64,000 bases of DNA from a bacterium. Its GTDB lineage: Bacteria; Patescibacteriota; Patescibacteriia; Patescibacteriales; UBA12465. Each line of letters opens with the position of its first letter. Position 1 is the stretch's first letter. Made by a program: the position numbers and the translations under genes. The notes below the pieces were generated by a model. The model did no database searches and had not been told where the DNA came from. It worked only from the letters and a program-made list of their open reading frames with translations. Location: the NCBI GenBank assembly GCA_035402985.1, contig DAONEH010000001.1, positions 3,123 through 67,122 on the forward strand, given 5' to 3'. Shown in pieces: positions 1-7,409 of this stretch.

Positions 1-1406
1 ATTAAATTATATTCAGCCACTTTTGTATTATATTCACTTAAATTAGCATTGTAATTAACAACATCGCCTTGTTTAACATAATATTCTAACGATGATTTTA
101 ATTCATTTAATTCCGCACTTAAAGAATTTAAATTATCAAGGATTGTATCTAATTGACTTTTTTGTTGATTAATAATTGCTTGAAGTGATTTCATTTGATT
201 AACACTACTGACATTTTCAGCCATACCAAAATAATATCTACCGGAAGTTTTTTGATAAATCTTCACTTCGCCCCACGAAGATTGTTCAAAAATATTATTC
301 CAATCAATGGTACTGGTAGCTTGACCGGAAGATAAATCACTCGGAAAAATTCCAATAGGAAAATAATTGGTAGTTTCTATAAAACAATAACCGGAATTAT
401 AAGAAGACTCACCGGAACAAGCCACCGCTACGGCCGAATGCTTAATATCGGGATAATCAAAAATTGCTCCGCCATAACCTAAATACCTAAGAATTGATAA
501 AGCCAAAAACGATTTATCGGAACAAATTCCCGAATTTTTATACAAAGTTTCATAAGGAAAATTTTGTAAACTAGTTTCATTTTTTGAAAAATCATAAGGT
601 ATATATTGAACTAAAGCCATAGTAAATTCCAAGAATTCATCATCGGAAAAACCTTCGGTCTGGGCTATTTTTTTTAAATTGCTTATTAAATCGCTTATAG
701 CCGTATCACCGGTCTTAGTTACCAAAAAAACACTATAATAACTATCTCTCAAGTCAGCCGGCGGATTATCGGAAGAATAACTGTAATACTTAGGAGAATT
801 TTTGTAGTTGTTATATAAAGAATCATAAAAAGTTTGATTTAAAAAATACTCTTTGTTGTTATACTTCCAAGTAAATTTAACAATTTTTTCTCCATAATTA
901 CTAACCGTTTCCGTGCTTGTATCAGAACTTATCGCACCGGAACCTATTACTCCGGTACTTATTTGATTTAAATTAGAATCGGTAATTCCCAAACCTAATT
1001 CTCGCATCACATTAAAAGCGTCAATCGGCCGGCCCAAATAATAAAGTTTTAAATTATCGGGATTAACATAATAAGCTTGACCCTGAGCTTCAACTTGAAG
1101 CAAAATTCTTCCCGACAAATTAGATCGAGCTCCGTTTTTTAAAAAAGTATTTAAATCGTTACTTTTAACACCCAAACCGAAAGATCGCATTACAGAAAAA
1201 GCGTCAGCCGGTCGACCTAAATAATATTTTTTTAAATCCAAAGGGTTAACATAATAGGCTTGACCTTGCGCTTCAACCTGAATTAATATTTTACCGGCTA
1301 CTTGATCGGCGACCGATGCTGCTTCAACTTTTTTAGTAACAGATAAAAAAGAAAAAAACGCTAACACCACTAAAAATATTTTTGTAAAAAATTTAAACCA
1401 CTTCAT
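1..1406 (-). CDS. Secreted protein with two 'GRILLQVE..G.AYYVNP' CPR repeats, a transglutaminase-like (Cys-His-Glu) domain and a coiled coil; 3' end runs off the window
   Basis: Not in the ORF track; translated by hand from ATG at 1406. Signal peptide MKWFKFFTKIFLVVLAFFSFLSVTKKVEA. Repeats AGKILIQVEAQGQAYYVNPLDLKKYYLGRPADAFSVMRSFGLGV and SGRILLQVEAQGQAYYVNPDNLKLYYLGRPIDAFNVMRELGLGI. Then PYETLYKNSGICSDKS...LGY...KHSAVAV...FIETT. Frame stays open to the window edge. Confidence 0.85.
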   Translation of the reverse strand, partial: MKWFKFFTKIFLVVLAFFSFLSVTKKVEAASVADQVAGKILIQVEAQGQAYYVNPLDLKKYYLGRPADAFSVMRSFGLGVKSNDLNTFLKNGARSNLSGRILLQVEAQGQAYYVNPDNLKLYYLGRPIDAFNVMRELGLGITDSNLNQISTGVIGSGAISSDTSTETVSNYGEKIVKFTWKYNNKEYFLNQTFYDSLYNNYKNSPKYYSYSSDNPPADLRDSYYSVFLVTKTGDTAISDLISNLKKIAQTEGFSDDEFLEFTMALVQYIPYDFSKNETSLQNFPYETLYKNSGICSDKSFLALSILRYLGYGGAIFDYPDIKHSAVAVACSGESSYNSGYCFIETTNYFPIGIFPSDLSSGQATSTIDWNNIFEQSSWGEVKIYQKTSGRYYFGMAENVSSVNQMKSLQAIINQQKSQLDTILDNLNSLSAELNELKSSLEYYVKQGDVVNYNANLSEYNTKVAEYNL

Positions 1407-1776
1407 TGTTTTTTATTTTAATATCCGGATTATGATTATAGGCCGGAATTACGATATCAAAATCACCTAATGATTTTATATTTTTTTTAGTAAAATTAAC
1501 GGTTTCAATTTTAATACCCAAAGCATAAGCTAAAGCATTAGCCGTTAAAATTCCAATTCGAAGCGAAGTAAAACTATCTCCTTGATGAACCACTTTTATT
1601 TTATTTATTGATTTTAAACTACAATTGGCCAATTTCAATAATTTATCAATCGCCGGTAAAAGTTTTTCAGCTTGTTGACGACGAGCTAAAAATTTTTTTC
1701 TTTTAAAAACCAGCCCGTCTTTTTCCAGAATTAGTTCAATTTGATTATTATCGGAAGTATTAATAATTAAAATCAT
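1393..1776 (-). CDS. tsaB: tRNA t6A biosynthesis protein TsaB, short form (N-terminal domain only)
   Basis: LIINTS N-terminus, AEKLLPAIDKLL, GDSFTSLRIG..TANALAYA (equivalent to the GPGSFTGLRIG motif), ends in P.Y...P.I. Confidence 0.85.
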   Translation of the reverse strand: MILIINTSDNNQIELILEKDGLVFKRKKFLARRQQAEKLLPAIDKLLKLANCSLKSINKIKVVHQGDSFTSLRIGILTANALAYALGIKIETVNFTKKNIKSLGDFDIVIPAYNHNPDIKIKNNEVV

Positions 1777-1795
1777 AAAATTATATTACTATAAA

Positions 1796-1806
1796 AGTAT
1801 AACATA
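1796..1806 (-). promoter_or_regulatory. Extended -10 promoter element (TATGTTATACT) for tsaB and the downstream gene
   Basis: TRTGnTAnnnT, 19 nt upstream of the tsaB ATG. Confidence 0.5.
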
Positions 1807-1830
1807 ATATAAACTTTTTAAAAAATATAA

Positions 1831-2790
1831 TTATTTTTTATTGAGAAATAATTTTAATATCTTGCTAATCTGTAAATAACTGCCGGCCGTCATTACTTTT
1901 GATCTGATATTTGAAGCTCCAGAGAAATCTTTTAAATACCAAGCCAAATGTCCTTTAAATTCCCCTAAACCAATTTGACCTTTATTTTTCTCCATTAATT
2001 TTAAATGTTTTAAAGCTATTTTGATAGCCATTTTTTTTCGGTCCTCTTTGGATAAATTTTGATATTTATCGGAAAAAATCCAAGGCTGACTCAAAGCTCC
2101 TCGACCGATTCCGACTCCATCAACTCCGGTTTTTTTTATAATTCTATCAATTTCATTCCAATTAGTTATACCGCCATTGGCCAAAATCACTCCGGAAAAA
2201 TATTTTTTACTTTTTTTAATAATCGCCAAATCAATCGGACCGGAAAATAATTGATTTAAAGTTCGACCGTGAATCATTATGGCCGATACCGGTAAATCAG
2301 AAATATTTTTTAAAAAATCAACTAAGTTTACGCCAAAAGCTTCCGTCCGAACTTTTATAGAAACCGGCAGTTTAGTGGTTTTAAGTACGACCGAGATAAT
2401 TTCTCGACTTAAATTTAAATCACTCATTAATTTGGCTCCAGCTCCCTGTTTTAAAACTTTTTTAACCGGACAACCGAAATTAATATCAAAACCATCCGGT
2501 TTTATTTTTTGTTCTATTATTTTTATCGCTTTTATAAAATGATCTTTATTTGAACCAAAAAGTTGAACGACATAAGGTCGTTCTTTTTTAAAAAATTTTA
2601 ATAATTCTAAAGTTTTATCGGAATTATAATATAAAGCTGAAACTGAAGCCATTTCACTATAGACGACATCGGCTCCGAATTCTTTGCATATTAAACGAAA
2701 AGCCGAATCTGTATATCCGGCCAAGGGAGCTAAGGCTAAAATACTTTTACCTTTTTTATTCTTTTGTAAATCTAACCAAAAATTATTCAT
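1831..2790 (-). CDS. dusB: tRNA-dihydrouridine synthase (DusB family)
   Basis: LAPLAGYTD, VQLFG, DINFGCPV, IHGRT, ANGGI, GIGRGAL..PWIF. Confidence 0.92.
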   Translation of the reverse strand: MNNFWLDLQKNKKGKSILALAPLAGYTDSAFRLICKEFGADVVYSEMASVSALYYNSDKTLELLKFFKKERPYVVQLFGSNKDHFIKAIKIIEQKIKPDGFDINFGCPVKKVLKQGAGAKLMSDLNLSREIISVVLKTTKLPVSIKVRTEAFGVNLVDFLKNISDLPVSAIMIHGRTLNQLFSGPIDLAIIKKSKKYFSGVILANGGITNWNEIDRIIKKTGVDGVGIGRGALSQPWIFSDKYQNLSKEDRKKMAIKIALKHLKLMEKNKGQIGLGEFKGHLAWYLKDFSGASNIRSKVMTAGSYLQISKILKLFLNKK

Positions 2791-2795
2791 ATTTT

Positions 2796-4220
2796 TTATT
2801 CAATAACACTGCGACCATCCGGCAAATCCTTTACTTTATATCCACGTTGTTCTAATTTTATTCGGACTTCATCGGCTTTAGCAAAATCTTTATTTTGACG
2901 AGCTATGGATCGATCCTCCAATAATTTAATGATATCATCTGGATAATTATTATCTATCTTTTTATTATCTTTATTATCTAACAATGAAGAAAAATTTAAA
3001 GCCCAAACATTATCAAAATCTAAAAGAGTAGCTAACTTATCTTCGTTAGATAAATTTGATTTTAATATATCGGAAATTAAAGATAATGATTTAGGAGTAT
3101 TAAAATCATCTAATAATGCTTCTAAAAATTTATCTTTAAAAACAGAATCAATTTCCCCAACTTCAACTCCTAATTTTTCTATTTTATTATAAATACCAGT
3201 TAAGCCTTTTTGCGCTGCTTTTAAAGCTTCAAAAGTAAAATTCTGTTTAGAACGATAATGAGCTTGTAAATAGAAATAACGTAAGGCCATTGGAGAAAAA
3301 TTTTTATTAATAATATCTTCTAAAGCAAAAGAAGTTCCTTGAGATTTAGACATTTTACCATTATCAATTAAAAGATGTTCATTATGTAACCAATAATTAG
3401 CTAATTTAACACCGCTCACAGCTTCACTTTGAGCAATTTCGTTACTATGATGAATACTTACATGTTCAATTCCACCCATATGAATATCAATAGTTTCTCC
3501 TAATAATTTTCTAATCATCGCCGAACATTCAATATGCCAACCTGGAAAACCATTACCATTTTCAACTAAAGGTGAAACAAAAGGTGATGGCCAAAATTGT
3601 AAAGCATTTTTATGAACACCGGCTCTAAAAAACCAAACAGCAAAATCTTGTGGATTTTTTTTCTTAGGATCATCAATTGCCGCTCGACCAGCTCCAATTT
3701 TATTCTTTTCTGGTTTACGACCTGATAATTGATTATAGTTTTTAAATTTATCAACTTCAAAATAAACAGCTAAGTCAGTAACATAAGCATAAGATTTAGC
3801 AATTAATAATTGAACCATATCAATCATCTCAGAAATATTTTCGGTAGCTCGTGGTTTAAATTTTGGTTCTAAAATATTTAATTTTTTTGTATCTTGCTCA
3901 TAAATATTAATAAATTTATTAACCACCTCTTCTGGCTTAATATTTTCTTTTTTAGCTGTTTTTTCTATTTTATCCTCCCCGATATCAGCATCAGAAGTTA
4001 AATGACCAACATCAGTATAATTTCTCGCCATAGAAACATCATAATTTAAATATTTAAAAGTACGATGTATAATATCAGCACAAAAAGAACCTCGTAAATT
4101 TCCGATATGTTGAGTTGAATAAACGGTTGGTCCACAATAATAAAAAGAAAGATGACCAGGTTGAAGTGGTTTAAATTCTTCTTTCTTTTTAGTTAAAGTA
4201 TTATATAATAATATTTTCAT
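2796..4220 (-). CDS. cysS: Cysteine--tRNA ligase
   Basis: YYCGPTVY..HIGN, GFPGWHIECSAM, DIHMGG..H..HH.NE, KMSKS. Confidence 0.97.
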   Translation of the reverse strand: MKILLYNTLTKKKEEFKPLQPGHLSFYYCGPTVYSTQHIGNLRGSFCADIIHRTFKYLNYDVSMARNYTDVGHLTSDADIGEDKIEKTAKKENIKPEEVVNKFINIYEQDTKKLNILEPKFKPRATENISEMIDMVQLLIAKSYAYVTDLAVYFEVDKFKNYNQLSGRKPEKNKIGAGRAAIDDPKKKNPQDFAVWFFRAGVHKNALQFWPSPFVSPLVENGNGFPGWHIECSAMIRKLLGETIDIHMGGIEHVSIHHSNEIAQSEAVSGVKLANYWLHNEHLLIDNGKMSKSQGTSFALEDIINKNFSPMALRYFYLQAHYRSKQNFTFEALKAAQKGLTGIYNKIEKLGVEVGEIDSVFKDKFLEALLDDFNTPKSLSLISDILKSNLSNEDKLATLLDFDNVWALNFSSLLDNKDNKKIDNNYPDDIIKLLEDRSIARQNKDFAKADEVRIKLEQRGYKVKDLPDGRSVIE

Positions 4221-4221
4221 A

Positions 4222-5334
4222 TTAATTATTTGATATTTTTTTCATTAATTGATTATAAAACTCTAAATTGTTTAAACTAGCCCATTTTTGACCTAAAGAT
4301 TCATTAATTTTAAACAAATGATGTAAATAAGCTAAAGAATTACTATTTAATTCCTTTAGATTTGATTTTTTATTAATTAATTTAAAATCACTGGCTAAAG
4401 ACGACTTTTTGAGGCTTATTTCTTGGTAAAAATTGCCTGATTTTAAGCTTTTATCATTAAATTGGTATAATTTACCATGACGACCTTCTCGGGTTGGTAT
4501 AACGCAATCAAACATATTCCAGCCCATTTTATAACAACGATAGATATCATTAGGTGTACCAATACCTAAAGCAAACTTAATTTTGTCATCTGGAATGATT
4601 TTAGCAGTAAAATCCAAAATGTCAAACAAGAAATTCCCCTTTTCATCAACTGGTCGAGCCCCAAAACCATAACCAGCAAATTCAATACTTTCGTTTAAAA
4701 ATTTACTTCCACTTATTTCCATTAAAGCATCTAAACATTTTTTTCTAAGTTTTAAACTTAATCCCCCTTGAATTACAGCAATTAATTTCGGACGATTAGT
4801 TTCATTTAATTTTCTTTTCTTTATTTGTCTTATATATTCTTGATAACATCTTTTAGCCCAAGAAATAGTGCGATCAACTGATAAAGCAATTTTCTTTTCA
4901 TCAAAACCATAAGGTGTACAATCATCAAGGCATACCATAAAATCAGTTCCTAAATCAAATTGAATTTGAATTGATTTTTCTGGAGTTATCTCATGTTTAG
5001 ATCCATCTAGTGGTGATTTAAAAATTGCACCCTGATCACTAATTTTACCCATCTGACTATTTTTATGAATTAAAGAAAAAATTTGAAAACCACCACTATC
5101 AGATAATAATGGTTTATCCCAATTCATAAACTTATGTAGTCCCCCAGCTTTTTTTATAACTTTAATTCCAGGTTGTAAATATAAATGAAAAGTATTAACT
5201 ACTAAAGCTGATACCCCACTAGCTATTAAATCTTTTCTATCGCACATTTTTATAACTCCTCTAGTAGCATCGGGCATAAAAATAGGATATTTCAGAACAC
5301 CATGGGAAGTACTAATTTTTTTATTTTTATTCAT
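4222..5334 (-). CDS. tgt: tRNA-guanine transglycosylase (TGT), zinc ligands absent
   Basis: PIFMPDAT, NTFHL, SDSGGFQ, LDDC, IQGG, MFDCVIPTREGRHG, AYLHHLF. Confidence 0.9.
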   Translation of the reverse strand: MNKNKKISTSHGVLKYPIFMPDATRGVIKMCDRKDLIASGVSALVVNTFHLYLQPGIKVIKKAGGLHKFMNWDKPLLSDSGGFQIFSLIHKNSQMGKISDQGAIFKSPLDGSKHEITPEKSIQIQFDLGTDFMVCLDDCTPYGFDEKKIALSVDRTISWAKRCYQEYIRQIKKRKLNETNRPKLIAVIQGGLSLKLRKKCLDALMEISGSKFLNESIEFAGYGFGARPVDEKGNFLFDILDFTAKIIPDDKIKFALGIGTPNDIYRCYKMGWNMFDCVIPTREGRHGKLYQFNDKSLKSGNFYQEISLKKSSLASDFKLINKKSNLKELNSNSLAYLHHLFKINESLGQKWASLNNLEFYNQLMKKISNN

Positions 5335-5342
5335 AAAATAAT

Positions 5343-7388
5343 TTATTTAACTCGACCATCATTATTATAGCTAGCAATAATATCATCTTCTAATTTACTA
5401 GTTTTAACACTAGTTGTTTTACTTATAGTAGTATTGGTTTCAGCGTCAATAGCTGAAAGAGATGAACCAGATGATAAAATTATAATTTTATTATACTGAC
5501 TATCAGTTGGAATAACACTAACACTGAAATTAACATCAACTGTTTCAACTCCCACCGGCCAACGACTAATAGAAAAAATAACTTTATTATTAGATTGATC
5601 ATATTCTAAATTACCAGCACTAATATTAAAATTATTATCCCAAATAACATATTGGGGTAAAGCTAATTCAATTTTTAAATCTTTAATTTCGTGTAATGAA
5701 TTTTTTAAAGTCCAATAATATTTAAATGATGTTCTTTCACCAACTACCGGTGGTAAAGGTCCTGAACCAACTGGGATATTATTATCATCAAAGTATAAGA
5801 CTTCTTCTTTTATACTTAAATCACTATTTAATTTATTTACTATGGTATTACTAGAATTATCATTTAAATGATCTTCTTCGTCAGAAAAATCTTCAATATT
5901 ACCAATACTAAATTGAGCATAACTAGTAACATTTAAATCTTGGCCAAATTTAATATCATTATAATTAGGTACAGTATTAATAGAAAATTTAATCTCACCG
6001 CTATCCCCTGGTTCTAATTTTTTTAATTCTGGAATTTCCGAAGCAGTCCAGGAAATTGTTTTACGACTAATACTTCCATCTTTAGAGTCCTTTAAACTAT
6101 TCCAATCTAAAAAATCACTTTTTAATACCGCCATAATAACTAAATCTTCCATATCTTTATCACCTTTATTACTATAAGAAATAACATAATTTAAAGTATC
6201 ACCAAAATTAATTGGAGTATCAGTTGAAGAATCATTAACGGAAATATTTAAATTTAAATCACTTTTTATAATTATTAAAGCCACCTGCTTCTCTAAAAAA
6301 ACAAATTCTTTACCATTATCATCAATATATTTTAAAGTCCAAGAAATATTTTCTTGATCATTTTTTCTTTCCTTTATTTTATATTTAAAAGCTAAAGACA
6401 TTTCACTAGCCGAAGAAGTTTCAACTAGAAAATTAAAATTATCAATTTTACTTACTTTAGTTATTGTTTCCGTACTAGTTCCAGTTTTTTTATTAGTAAT
6501 ATCTTCGACTGAAAAAATTTCTTCTGGACCAGAAAAAGAAATAATAAACTTATTTATTTTTTCTACTGGAAAATCTTTAATGGTAAGATTTAAAGGATAT
6601 TCCTCATCAACTAAAACTGTAGTATAATAATCTTCTTTAACTTGAAATGGCAAGGATCCCATTACTACAGAATTAAGACTATCCTTAGAAAAACTAGAAG
6701 ATAAACCATTAATGCCATAAGTAGCCTTAACTGTTAATAAATTATTAGAACCTTCCTTGTTTATTATTTTTCCTCTTATCTTTATAATACCACCTAAATT
6801 AGCTCCTAAATTATCTATTTTCCAAGTCTTGTTATCATCTGTTTGATCAATCGAATAAATTTCAGCTAAAATAAAATTATCTGGATAATTAATTTCTAAA
6901 ATAACATCATTTAAATTATAATTACTAGTATTTTTATATTCAATTTCATACATAAAATCTTCACCTAAAATTACCTTTTCCGGAGCGCTTATATTTATTT
7001 TCAAAACTGAGGCGATATCTTGATTATTTTTTATATATTTAAAAACAGCCAAAACTACTCCCGCTACAATTAATAGAGTTATAAATAAATAAAATAATTT
7101 TAAACCCAAACTTCTTTTTTTCTTTATTTTTATAGTTTTAAAATCAGTTAAAGATTCTCCATTATCATCACTATATATTTCTCTTAAATGACTTTCAATT
7201 TCACTGTCATTCAATTTAGATTTTTTTTCATTATCATGTTTTGAAGACATAATAGGTTTTTCAAAAAAATCAGTTTCAGAATCATCATCAAATTCCTCTA
7301 AAGAACTATCATTATCAATTTTATGTTTAATAAAAAATAAATTATTTTCTTCTTTTTTATTAAAAATTTTACCTTTATTTTTTAACAT
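5343..7388 (-). CDS. Single-pass membrane protein with multiple Ig-like/DUF11-like extracellular beta-sandwich domains (conserved CPR type)
   Basis: Acidic cytoplasmic N-terminus, one TM (~aa 95-117), repeated 'G..L.Y.I.Y.N.G...L.D..I...L' and 'W.I..L.PG..G.I.F' patterns, GSGPLPP.VG motif. Confidence 0.6.
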   Translation of the reverse strand: MLKNKGKIFNKKEENNLFFIKHKIDNDSSLEEFDDDSETDFFEKPIMSSKHDNEKKSKLNDSEIESHLREIYSDDNGESLTDFKTIKIKKKRSLGLKLFYLFITLLIVAGVVLAVFKYIKNNQDIASVLKINISAPEKVILGEDFMYEIEYKNTSNYNLNDVILEINYPDNFILAEIYSIDQTDDNKTWKIDNLGANLGGIIKIRGKIINKEGSNNLLTVKATYGINGLSSSFSKDSLNSVVMGSLPFQVKEDYYTTVLVDEEYPLNLTIKDFPVEKINKFIISFSGPEEIFSVEDITNKKTGTSTETITKVSKIDNFNFLVETSSASEMSLAFKYKIKERKNDQENISWTLKYIDDNGKEFVFLEKQVALIIIKSDLNLNISVNDSSTDTPINFGDTLNYVISYSNKGDKDMEDLVIMAVLKSDFLDWNSLKDSKDGSISRKTISWTASEIPELKKLEPGDSGEIKFSINTVPNYNDIKFGQDLNVTSYAQFSIGNIEDFSDEEDHLNDNSSNTIVNKLNSDLSIKEEVLYFDDNNIPVGSGPLPPVVGERTSFKYYWTLKNSLHEIKDLKIELALPQYVIWDNNFNISAGNLEYDQSNNKVIFSISRWPVGVETVDVNFSVSVIPTDSQYNKIIILSSGSSLSAIDAETNTTISKTTSVKTSKLEDDIIASYNNDGRVK

Positions 7389-7409
7389 ATTAATATAATT
7401 AATTATTAT

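Noticed and set aside
1796-1823. dif-like sequence on the - strand (TTTTTAAAAAG TTTATA TTATGTTATAC)
   Set aside because: The XerD-like arm matches, but the XerC arm lacks the ATAA core. The same TATGTTA word recurs as an extended -10 in front of several genes.
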